A stretch of 64,000 nucleotides of DNA, taken from an uncultured Acidobacteriota bacterium (lineage in GTDB: Bacteria; Acidobacteriota; Vicinamibacteria; Vicinamibacterales; Fen-181). Every line of letters starts with the position of its first letter. Position 1 is the stretch's first letter. Positions 9,457-21,417 of this stretch are shown piece by piece. The stretch is taken from NCBI GenBank assembly GCA_963776495.1, contig CAVZMW010000006.1, forward strand, positions 843,211 through 907,210. The letters are read 5' to 3'. The notes below the pieces were generated by a model. It saw nothing but the letters and a program-made list of their open reading frames with translations, had not been told where the DNA came from and searched no databases. The translations under genes and the position numbers were made by a program.

Positions 9457-10470
9457 CTACTTCGACACCGCGAACTTCTTCGCGTCGATCTTCGGGTTGA
9501 CCTTGACGCTCTCGAAGGTCACTTCCTCGACCGGCTTGCCGTCGATCGACCGCTCCAGGCGGAACGGCACCATGACACCGTCGACATCCCGGTAGTCGGC
9601 GTAGAACAGCCTGTACTCGACTACGCGAAGCTTGGCCTCGGCTTCCTTCCTCTGCGCCGCCAGCTGCGCCATGAACTTCTGCTGCTCTTCCGGAGTCAGC
9701 TTCCCGGCCGGGGCCTGGACCGTGGCGCCGCCGGCGACGACGGTCTGGCCGCCCCCCGGACCGCCGGCCTGGCGGACGATCTGCATCGGCTCCTTGGCCA
9801 TCCAGCTGAGCATCAGCGGCAGATGCGTCTTGGTGTCGATGAAGAGCCGGACCGCGAAGTCGCCGTCGCCCTTGACGTCGATGACGTCGGCCTTGCCGTC
9901 GGGCGACTCGGCCTGGCCCGCGTAAGTCAGGGTGAGCGGGACGACGGGGAACGACGCGGCGAACAGGCCGAGCGTCAGCCGGGTGAAATCCTGCTTCGCG
10001 CTGGTCAGCATCGTCTTCCGCACCGCCTCCTGCTGTTCGGGCGTCGGCTGGGGCATGCCGGGACCGGTCACGACCCCGCCGGGGCCGGCCATCCGGAACA
10101 TCACCACCTGGCCGCCGCCCGCGCCGAGCTGGGGCGGCGTGTCGGTCTCGTTGATGAGCCCGTCGCCGTTGAAGCCCGTCATGCGGTAGATGCTCATGTT
10201 GCCCATGTTCAGGATCGCCTCGCGGCGCATGAACTTGTCCGGCAGGGCGAAGGCGAGCTCCACGTCGCTCCCGGTGGTGGTGCCGCTCGGCGTCGTCCGG
10301 ACCGACTGCCCGGTGAACGTCAGCGTCTTGACAGCGTCGAGCTTCTTGTCGCCGCCGAGCGCGGCCCTGGCGTCGGCCAGGATCTGCTTGACGTCACCGA
10401 CCTGCGCCCGCGCCACGAGCGCCGCCGCCAGGACCACGGCCAACCCGACCGGCACGCTTCTCTTCATCAT
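9457..10470 (-). CDS. Exported hypothetical protein (possible LolA-like or lipoprotein-sorting-like fold)
   Basis: Internal start MMKRSVPVGLAVVLAAALVARAQ with GGAGG 8 nt upstream. Only 18 nt separate it from the Oar-like gene. No recognisable catalytic motif. Confidence 0.65.
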   Translation of the reverse strand: MMKRSVPVGLAVVLAAALVARAQVGDVKQILADARAALGGDKKLDAVKTLTFTGQSVRTTPSGTTTGSDVELAFALPDKFMRREAILNMGNMSIYRMTGFNGDGLINETDTPPQLGAGGGQVVMFRMAGPGGVVTGPGMPQPTPEQQEAVRKTMLTSAKQDFTRLTLGLFAASFPVVPLTLTYAGQAESPDGKADVIDVKGDGDFAVRLFIDTKTHLPLMLSWMAKEPMQIVRQAGGPGGGQTVVAGGATVQAPAGKLTPEEQQKFMAQLAAQRKEAEAKLRVVEYRLFYADYRDVDGVMVPFRLERSIDGKPVEEVTFESVKVNPKIDAKKFAVSK

Positions 10471-10719
10471 GTGAGCATCCTCCACCCGCACGCCCGGGCA
10501 CCGCCGCCGCCGACGCACCGGCCGGGTCGGTGTGCCTTTTGACATATTGGATTTGGCGCCGCGGGAAGTTCCACGAAATCGACCGCCACCGTGCGCCGGC
10601 CCGGGAGCGGGACCCGGGGCGGCCTCGGTTTGGACGCTAGTATTCACGATCTGGTTGGCTTCGGCGCGCGAACTTGACACGCGCGGGGAGGGAGGGGTCG
10701 CCGGGAGGGGAAAGTGGAT

Positions 10720-10743
10720 GGGGCCCGGAGAGCACCGGGCCCC
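10720..10743 (-). terminator. GC-rich hairpin downstream of the cytochrome gene
   Basis: GGGGCCCGG-agagca-CCGGGCCCC, a 9-bp stem starting 7 nt after the stop. The T-tract is weak. Confidence 0.4.
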
Positions 10744-10750
10744 GGTCACG

Positions 10751-11155
10751 CTAGACGTTTTCCTTCTTGTGGCAGTCCGCGCACTTGGCGGTCGGTGTCT
10801 TCTTGCCCGCCGCCGCTTCCTTCAAGTGGCAGTCGATACAGAGGCCGCCCTTGGCCATCGGCTTGTGGAACGCCGCCTGCGTGTTGGTCGTCATCGGCGG
10901 CGTCGCCGTCTTGGTGTGGCAGTCCTGGCAATTCTCCTGCGGCGCCTTTGCCGGGTGCTGCGGCTTCGACGCGTGGTGGCACGTCACGCAGGTGACGCCG
11001 GCCATCTTGCTATGGGCCGCGTGGGGGAACTTCACTCCACCCATCGGGTTGCCCTTCAGGATGACCGTATCCGGCGCCTTCACCTGGGCAGAGGCGACAC
11101 CGGTCATGAAGGCGGCGAGGGCGATTACGGACAAGACGACGAGAATTCGTTTCAT
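10751..11155 (-). CDS. Periplasmic tetraheme c-type cytochrome (c3/c7, PpcA-like family)
   Basis: Signal peptide MKRILVVLSVIALAAFMTGVASA. Four CXXCH motifs (CVTCH, CQDCH, CIDCH, CADCH) occur within about 110 mature residues. KFPHAAH resembles the c7 N-terminal motif. Confidence 0.85.
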   Translation of the reverse strand: MKRILVVLSVIALAAFMTGVASAQVKAPDTVILKGNPMGGVKFPHAAHSKMAGVTCVTCHHASKPQHPAKAPQENCQDCHTKTATPPMTTNTQAAFHKPMAKGGLCIDCHLKEAAAGKKTPTAKCADCHKKENV

Positions 11156-11307
11156 GTGTGCTCCTTCTGTCGAGGCGCAAAGAGGGGGCCCTTGGGGCGA
11201 GATTGTAGCGCAGTTGCACAATCTCTGTATATCGATTCCCGCGGGCCTCGAGTGGATTGTGGTGATTCTCATCAGTCCGCCGGCCCGCGCCTACATATAA
11301 TAGGGCC

Positions 11308-12930
<1,623 letters not shown>

Positions 12931-12943
12931 GAAGGCCCTGAAT

Positions 12944-13031
12944 GGCTAACGGCCGACGGCTGACGGCCGACGGAATGCGGACGCCGTCGCGCGAGACGAT
13001 GCCGTCAGTCGTCAGCCGCCAGTCGTCAGCC
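12944..13031. repeat. Inverted heptamer arrays (GGCTAAC GGCCGAC GGCTGAC GGCCGAC ... CCGTCAG TCGTCAG CCGCCAG TCGTCAG) forming a long hairpin
   Basis: Read directly from the sequence. It lies between the two mutase subunit genes. Confidence 0.9.
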
Positions 13032-13062
13032 GGGAGTGACTAGCTGCGGGCCGGAGGGGATC

Positions 13063-13467
13063 ATGCGAAAGATCAGAGTGGTGATTGCCAAGCCCGGCCT
13101 CGACGGGCACGACCGGGGCGCCAAGGTCATCGCGCGGGCGCTGCGCGACGCGGGGATGGAGGTCATCTATACGGGCCTGCGGCAGACGCCGGAGCAGATC
13201 GTGACGGCGGCCCTCCAGGAAGACGCCGACGTCATCGGCTTGTCGATCCTCTCGGGCGCCCACACCCAGATCTGCCCCCGAGTGATGGAACTGGTGCGCC
13301 AGCAGGCGCTCGACGACGTGCTGGTCGTCCTCGGGGGCATCATCCCGGACGCGGACGTGCCCGCGCTCGAGGCGATCGGCATCAAGGGCATCTTCAGGCC
13401 GGGGAGCGCGATGGCCGAGATCGTGGAGTTCATCAACGGGAACGTGCGAACCCGCGCCGACGCGTGA
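13063..13467 (+). CDS. Acyl-CoA mutase small subunit, cobalamin-binding domain
   Basis: [23 protein letters not shown] contains the DxHxxG B12-binding motif. ATG at 13063 is preferred over the track start at 13036. Confidence 0.9.
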   Translation: MRKIRVVIAKPGLDGHDRGAKVIARALRDAGMEVIYTGLRQTPEQIVTAALQEDADVIGLSILSGAHTQICPRVMELVRQQALDDVLVVLGGIIPDADVPALEAIGIKGIFRPGSAMAEIVEFINGNVRTRADA

Positions 13468-13564
13468 GCGCCGGCGCGGGTCCGCGTGGCCCCCTGCAGG
13501 GCGGGCGCCGAGGCGCCGATACCACGATGTGTAGCCTCTTCTGTTGAGACCGAATGGGGAAGGC

Positions 13565-14488
13565 ATGCCGTACAGACTCCTGCTCGCCGACGACAGCGTC
13601 ACCATTCAGCGGGTGATCGAACTGACGTTTGCCGACGAAGACATCGCTGTGATCGCCGTCGGTGACGGCCAGGAGGCGGTGCGCCGTATCGTCGCCGACC
13701 CGCCCGACATCATCCTCGCCGACGTGGACTTGCCGAGGCGCGACGGCTACGACGTCGCGTCGTTCGTCAAGAACGACCCGGAACTGGGGAACATCCCGGT
13801 CCTGCTGCTCACCGGGGCCTTCGAACCGGTTGACGAAGCGCGCGCCCGCGCCGTCCGCTGCGACGGCGTCCTCCCGAAGCCGTTCGATCCGCAGGTGCTG
13901 ATCGCCCGCGTCAAGGGTCTGCTCGCCCGGCCGGCGGCCCCGCCCGCCGATGCGCGAGAGCCAGGAGGACCGGTGGTGGACGAGTTCGCGGTTCCGGAGC
14001 CGGCGACGACCCCGGTCGATCTGCCGCTGGATCTCTCGTCGCTGGCGCCCCAGGAGGGGCAACCGGTCAACGAGCAGACCTCGCTCGACGACTACTTCGA
14101 TCGGCTCGATGCCGCGTTCGCCCACCTGACGGGCGCGCCGGCGGCGCTCGACGCGGCGGCGGCCGAGTCGCCGGCACCGGGCGTCGCGTCCGCTCCGGCC
14201 TCGCAGGCTCCCGGCTCGGGCGGCGTGCCGGTGTCCGACGCGTTCGCAGCCCTGCTCGACGCCGAGCAGATGCTCGGCCCCGAGGGCGCCCGCGAGGCGC
14301 AGGCTGGGCCGGCGGCCGCTCCCGCGGCGCCGGCGATCGACGACGCCTTCATCGACGAGGTGGCCCGTCGCGTGGCCGAGCGGCTCGGCGAGGCCTCCGT
14401 GCGCGAATCGGTGGCGCAGGTGGTGTCGGCGACGGCCGAGCGGCTGATTCGCGGGGAGATCGAGAGAATCAAGAATTCCATCAAGTAA
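13565..14488 (+). CDS. Orphan response regulator: CheY-like receiver, long Ala/Pro-rich linker and C-terminal helix
   Basis: LLLADDS...DIILADVDLP..DGY...LLLTG...KPF are receiver motifs. The roughly 180 C-terminal residues are low complexity, ending in ERLIRGEIERIKNSIK. Confidence 0.8.
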   Translation: MPYRLLLADDSVTIQRVIELTFADEDIAVIAVGDGQEAVRRIVADPPDIILADVDLPRRDGYDVASFVKNDPELGNIPVLLLTGAFEPVDEARARAVRCDGVLPKPFDPQVLIARVKGLLARPAAPPADAREPGGPVVDEFAVPEPATTPVDLPLDLSSLAPQEGQPVNEQTSLDDYFDRLDAAFAHLTGAPAALDAAAAESPAPGVASAPASQAPGSGGVPVSDAFAALLDAEQMLGPEGAREAQAGPAAAPAAPAIDDAFIDEVARRVAERLGEASVRESVAQVVSATAERLIRGEIERIKNSIK

Positions 14489-14576
14489 GAAGTACGAAGT
14501 AAGAAGTACGAAGTACTGGCGGGCGGGCGGTTGCCTGTGGCAAGCGCCTACTTCCTACTTCGTACTCTGTACTTCT
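14483..14576 (+). terminator. Hairpin built from inverted (AGTACGA/AGTAAGA) heptamer arrays, overlapping the response-regulator stop codon
   Basis: Left arm is aagtaagaagtacgaagtaagaagtacgaagtac and right arm is ctacttcctacttcgtactctgtacttct. The loop carries an inner TTGCC-TGT-GGCAA hairpin. Confidence 0.6.
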
Positions 14577-14623
14577 CATTTCACAACTTTCCCGTCTCTG
14601 GTTCCTCCCTCCCTCATCACTCG

Positions 14624-14730
14624 TCCCCGATCCCCGATCCCCGATCCCCGACCCCCGATCTCTGATCCCTGATCCCCGATCCCCGATCCCCGATCGATCC
14701 CCGACTCCTGAATCCCGAATCCCGAATCCT
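14624..14730. repeat. About 15-unit heptamer array (TCCCCGA and variants, ending in ATCCCGA units)
   Basis: Read directly from the sequence. It ends 19 nt before the valS ATG. Confidence 0.95.
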
Positions 14731-14748
14731 GTTACGATTAACGGATCT

Positions 14749-17397
<2,649 letters not shown>

Positions 17398-17401
17398 GAG
17401 G

Positions 17402-18283
17402 GTGACGGGGGACGAGCGGCCGGGAAACTTGCCGCCGGATTTCGCCGAGGCACTCGCCCGACGCGCCGGGCGGCTCAACGGCCTGGCGTCGCGCGTCGTG
17501 TGGTACGACAGCCTGTCGTCCACCAACGACGTGGCGGACCATCTGGCGACGGGCGGCGCCGCGCACGGCGCGGTCGTCGCGGCCGACGCCCAGTTGAGCG
17601 GACGGGGTCGCATGGGGCGCGCCTGGCATTCGCCGCCGGGCGCCGGCCTGTACGTCTCGGTCGTGCTGAGGCCGGAGTCGTTCGCCGACCCGGTCGCGCG
17701 GGGCTCGGCGGCGGCGGCTTCGCGCGTGACGCTGACCGCCGGCGTGGCGCTGGCCGACGCCCTCAGGAACGCCACCGGACTGCCGGCGGCGATCAAGTGG
17801 CCGAACGACCTCGTCATCGGGCCGCGGAAGGTGTGCGGAATCCTGGCCGAGGGCGCCGCCACCGGGGAGGCCCTTCGCCACGTGATCCTCGGGTTCGGCG
17901 TGAACGTGCTGTCCTCGGCGTACCCGCCCGAGATCGCGGACCGGGCCACGTCGATCGAGGCGGAACTGGGACGGCCCGTGGATCGGGGAGCGGTGTTCGC
18001 CGAGTCGCTCGCGTGCCTCGCCGAGCGGTTGCGCGAGATCTCGGCCGGCGGGTTCGGCGCCGTCCTCGACGCGTGGCGGGCGCTCGCGCCGTCGAGCGTC
18101 GGCACCCGGGTCCAGATCTCGACAGCGGGCGGATGGATCGACGCCGTCACGTCCGGCATCGACCGCGACGGCGCGCTCGTCGTGCAGATCGAAGGTTCGC
18201 TGCGCCGCGTGATCGCCGGCGAGGTGCGCTGGGGCGCGCCGGCCGGCCGCGGCACGGAGGAAAGCCATGCTCCTCGCGCTTGA
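17402..18283 (+). CDS. birA: Biotin--[acetyl-CoA-carboxylase] ligase (group I, no HTH)
   Basis: QLSGRGRMGRAWHSPPGAGLY and KWPNDL motifs. GTG at 17402, just after the valS stop, is chosen as the start. Confidence 0.8.
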   Translation: MTGDERPGNLPPDFAEALARRAGRLNGLASRVVWYDSLSSTNDVADHLATGGAAHGAVVAADAQLSGRGRMGRAWHSPPGAGLYVSVVLRPESFADPVARGSAAAASRVTLTAGVALADALRNATGLPAAIKWPNDLVIGPRKVCGILAEGAATGEALRHVILGFGVNVLSSAYPPEIADRATSIEAELGRPVDRGAVFAESLACLAERLREISAGGFGAVLDAWRALAPSSVGTRVQISTAGGWIDAVTSGIDRDGALVVQIEGSLRRVIAGEVRWGAPAGRGTEESHAPRA

Positions 18284-19055
18284 CATCGGCAACACCAACA
18301 TCGTCGTCGGCGTGTTTCGCGGCGACCAGCTCCTGCACAGCTGGAGGCTCTCGACGCAGCGGCAGCGCACGGCGGACGAGATGGCGATGTGGGTGCTGCA
18401 GCTGTTCCATCACGGCGGGCTCGTCCCGCGCGACATCGACGCCGTCGTGGCGGCGTCGGTCGTGCCGACGCTGACGAGGCCCACCATCGACATGGCGCGG
18501 CGGTACTTCGAACACGAACCGCTGGTCGTGGACGGGACGGTGGATACCGGCATGCCGAACCTCTACGGCGCCCCCGCGGAAGTTGGCGCCGACCGGATTG
18601 TCAACGGCGTCGCCGCGTTCGAGCGTTACGGCCGCCCGAAGGGCCGCCCGCTGGTCGTCGTCGACTTCGGCACGGCCACGACGTTCGACGCGATCTCGAA
18701 GACCGGGGACTACCTGGGCGGCCTCATCTGCCCGGGCGTGAACATTTCCGCCGACGCGTTGTTCGAACGGGCGGCTCGGCTGCCGCGCGTGGATTTCCGC
18801 CGGCCGGACGCGGTCATCGGCCGGACGACCGTCGGATCGATCCAGTCGGGGCTCTTCTACGGCTACGTCGGCCTGGTCGAAGGGATCGTCGGGCGCATGC
18901 GCCGGGAACTCGGCGAGAAGACCGCTTGCGTGGCGACCGGAGGACTGGCCGAGATGATCGCGCCGGAGACGCCGGCGATCGACGAGGTGGACAGAGACCT
19001 CACGCTGCACGGGCTCCGAATCATCTGGAACCGGAACCAGGGGGCGACGAGGTAG
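18267..19055 (+). CDS. coaX: Type III pantothenate kinase
   Basis: MLLALDIGNTNIVVGVF..., GADR and DFGTATTFD motifs. Confidence 0.9.
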   Translation: MLLALDIGNTNIVVGVFRGDQLLHSWRLSTQRQRTADEMAMWVLQLFHHGGLVPRDIDAVVAASVVPTLTRPTIDMARRYFEHEPLVVDGTVDTGMPNLYGAPAEVGADRIVNGVAAFERYGRPKGRPLVVVDFGTATTFDAISKTGDYLGGLICPGVNISADALFERAARLPRVDFRRPDAVIGRTTVGSIQSGLFYGYVGLVEGIVGRMRRELGEKTACVATGGLAEMIAPETPAIDEVDRDLTLHGLRIIWNRNQGATR

Positions 19056-19792
19056 TGGACGCCGACGCCTATTGCCGGGAGATTGAGGCGCACCTGTGCC
19101 GGAAGAACGCCGGCCACCTCGTGCGAGTGGTCGGTCCCGCCTTCCAGATGGTGGCTGGGTGGGCGGAGCGCGGGATCCCGCTCAAGGTCGCGTGCCGCGG
19201 CATCGACCGGACGGTGGAACGGCGCGCGGCCAAGGGCCCGGCCCGCAGGCCGCTTCGCGTGGAGTTCTGCGAGGCCGACGTGCTCGACGCGTTCGACGAG
19301 TGGAGCCGCGCCGTGGGCCTCGGCACGGCCGGAGGGGGCGGGACGCAGCGGCCCGACGAGTCTGCGGCGGCGACGGCGGAGGGCGAACGGGCGAAACCGG
19401 GCCACTCGTTGCGCGCGCACCTCGACCGCGTCGTCACCCGCCTGACCGACCGGGTGACCGACGGGTCGCTCCCGGGCCCGCTCGAAGCGGTCGTCGAGCG
19501 CGCCATCGGCGAGCTGGGCGAGGCGCGCGCGGCCAGCCGAAGCGCGAGGGGCGAGGCGCGCGCGGCGCTGGTGGACCGCCTGCAGGTTCTCGACGGCGAC
19601 GTGATGGCGGCGGCGTGGGCCGCGACGCCGGCCGACGCCCGCGAAGCGCTCAGGCGCGAGGCGGAACAAGACGTGGTCGCATTCCGGGCGCGGATGCCCG
19701 CCGACGATTACGCGCGGGCCGTCGAGGCCGGAGCGTTTCGCCTGCTCCGAGACCGGCTCAAGCTGCCCGACATCAGGTACCAGCACGGCTGA
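19055..19792 (+). CDS. Conserved-looking hypothetical protein translationally coupled to coaX
   Basis: GTG at 19055 overlaps the coaX TAG by 1 nt (TAGTG). The N-terminal roughly 85 aa are Cys/Arg-rich (YCREIEAHLCRKNAGHL...EFCEADVLDAFDEW). The C-terminal half is helical and Arg/Ala-rich. The rest of the 467-aa track ORF overlaps coaX out of frame. Confidence 0.55.
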   Translation: MDADAYCREIEAHLCRKNAGHLVRVVGPAFQMVAGWAERGIPLKVACRGIDRTVERRAAKGPARRPLRVEFCEADVLDAFDEWSRAVGLGTAGGGGTQRPDESAAATAEGERAKPGHSLRAHLDRVVTRLTDRVTDGSLPGPLEAVVERAIGELGEARAASRSARGEARAALVDRLQVLDGDVMAAAWAATPADAREALRREAEQDVVAFRARMPADDYARAVEAGAFRLLRDRLKLPDIRYQHG

Positions 19793-19844
19793 AGCCCCGC
19801 GGCGCACGGCTGAAGCCCCGCGGCGCACGGCTGAAGCCGTGCGC
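19784..19844. repeat. 21-bp tandem repeat x about 2.9 (CACGGCTGAAGCCCCGCGGCG) overlapping the stop codon
   Basis: Read directly from the sequence. The third copy merges into the palindromic element. Confidence 0.95.
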
Positions 19845-19908
19845 TATCTGGGGTACTTTGATCGGTTGGAGTACTTTGCTCAGATAGCGCAGGGCTTTAG
19901 CCCTGCGC
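19829..19908 (+). repeat. Dual-hairpin intergenic element, copy A
   Basis: TGCGCTATCTG (19840-50) pairs with CAGATAGCGCA (19881-91), extended by GGCTGAAGCCG/GGGCTTTAGCC. A second hairpin is GCGCAGGGC-TTTA-GCCCTGCGC (19887-19908). It is homologous to 54866-54935. Confidence 0.85.
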
Positions 19909-19926
19909 TGTTCCGGCAGAATCTCT

Positions 19927-21237
19927 ATGTTCTCCCCCGGGTCGATCGTCGAGCTGACCGTCGAAAAGCCCGCCGCGGGCGGCCGGATGATCGCCCGCCA
20001 CGAGGGCCGCGTGGTGCTCGTGCACGCGGCGATACCCGGCGAGCGTGTCCGGGCGGTCGTCGAGCGCACCGGCCAGGGGGTCGTCTACGCCACCGCCATC
20101 GACGTGCTGGAAGCGTCACCCGACCGACGGGTGGGCGTGCGCGACTGGGCGTGCGGCGGGAACGTCTACATCCACGTGGCCTACTCGAGACAGCTCGCGC
20201 TGAAGGCGGAAGTCGTGGCCGACGCCCTCGCGCGGATCGGGAAGATCCATCTGGAGACGCCGATCGAAGTGATGCCGTCGCCCGAAGAGGGCTACCGGAT
20301 GCGCGCCCGTCTCCACGCGCGCGGCCGGACGCTCGGCTTCTTCAGGGAGGGCACGCACGGCCTGTGCGACCCGTCCACGACGCGGCAGCTCCTGCCCGCG
20401 ACCTGCGAGCTGGTGAAGTCGCTGGCCGACCAACTGCTCGACGGCGCGCTCGAGGGCGTCACCGAGATCGAACTCGCCGAGAACGTGCCGGCCACCGAGC
20501 GGGCGCTGCACCTCGAACTGAACGTGCCGCGCGCCCCGCGCGGCCTGGCGGCGCTCGCGACGCTGCCGTCGGTGACCGGCGTCAGCGCGTCGTTCACCGG
20601 CCCGGGGCCCGAGCGCCAGGGACCGGTCCGGCGGACGCTGACCGCGGGCGGGGAGCCGTCGGTCGCAGACACGCTGGAGATCGAACGTTCCGACGCGCCG
20701 CCCGCGCAGGTGCACCTGCGGCACCACGTCCAGGCCTTCTTCCAGGCGAACCGCTTCCTGCTCTCGCGGCTGGCTTCGCGCGTCGTGTCGCTCGTGCCCG
20801 AGGGGCCCGTCGTCGATCTCTATGCGGGAGTGGGACTCTTCTCGGCGGCACTGGCCGCGTCCGGGTGGAAGGCCGTCATCGCCGTCGAAGGCGATCGCGC
20901 CGGCGCGGCCGACCTCAGGGCGAATGCGGCGCCGTTCGGGTCCGCCCTCGAGCCCGTGGAAATGGCGGTCGAGGCCTACCTGGTCGCCCGACCGGTCAGG
21001 CCCGATGCCGCCATCGTGATCGACCCGCCCCGGACTGGCATGTCGAGGGAAGCGTCGTCGGCCGTGGCGGCCCAGAAGGCCGGCCGGCTGGTCTACGTGT
21101 CGTGTGATGTGGCGACATTCGCCCGGGACGCGCGGAGGCTGACCGACGCGGGATACCGCCTCGCGCACATCGAGGCGTTCGACCTGTTTCCGAACACCGC
21201 GCACGTAGAAGCGTTGGGAGTGTTCGAGCGAACCTAG
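19927..21237 (+). CDS. TRAM-domain class I SAM-dependent RNA (uracil-5-)-methyltransferase, RumA/TrmA family
   Basis: N-terminal TRAM-like barrel, DLYAGVGLFS SAM motif, and the C-terminal DPPRTG...YVSCD catalytic Cys region. Confidence 0.85.
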   Translation: MFSPGSIVELTVEKPAAGGRMIARHEGRVVLVHAAIPGERVRAVVERTGQGVVYATAIDVLEASPDRRVGVRDWACGGNVYIHVAYSRQLALKAEVVADALARIGKIHLETPIEVMPSPEEGYRMRARLHARGRTLGFFREGTHGLCDPSTTRQLLPATCELVKSLADQLLDGALEGVTEIELAENVPATERALHLELNVPRAPRGLAALATLPSVTGVSASFTGPGPERQGPVRRTLTAGGEPSVADTLEIERSDAPPAQVHLRHHVQAFFQANRFLLSRLASRVVSLVPEGPVVDLYAGVGLFSAALAASGWKAVIAVEGDRAGAADLRANAAPFGSALEPVEMAVEAYLVARPVRPDAAIVIDPPRTGMSREASSAVAAQKAGRLVYVSCDVATFARDARRLTDAGYRLAHIEAFDLFPNTAHVEALGVFERT

Positions 21238-21241
21238 GGAC

Positions 21242-21417
21242 CTTGCGATTTCGCGATCTTGCGATCGGGTGATCTGGTGACCTGAACTTGCGCCAGCCCT
21301 AAAGGGCCGGCCAACAGATGATCGCGTGACAACGTCATCTTGCCGTCGGCCGTCTGTCGTCAGTCGTCCGCCCTCAGCCCACAGCCGGACCATCTTGAGC
21401 CCTGAGCCTTGAGCCGT
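21242..21417. repeat. Intergenic block of 8-mer (CTTGCGAT-like x5) and 7-mer (GCCGTCG/GTCGTCA; TTGAGCC x3) arrays
   Basis: Read directly from the sequence. It fills most of the convergent gap between the methyltransferase and amidotransferase genes. Confidence 0.85.

Noticed and set aside
7597-10542. 981-aa plus-strand ORF
   Set aside because: It is antisense to the Oar-like barrel and the exported hypothetical protein. Composition is low-complexity Arg/Gly/Val-rich with no recognisable domain.
11156-11307. Cobalamin riboswitch upstream of the B12-dependent mutase
   Set aside because: No B12-box-like GCCACTG core and no extended conserved structure is present. There is only an 8-bp hairpin (GAGATTGT-N11-ACAATCTC, 11199-11225) of unknown meaning, and the region is too short for the riboswitch.
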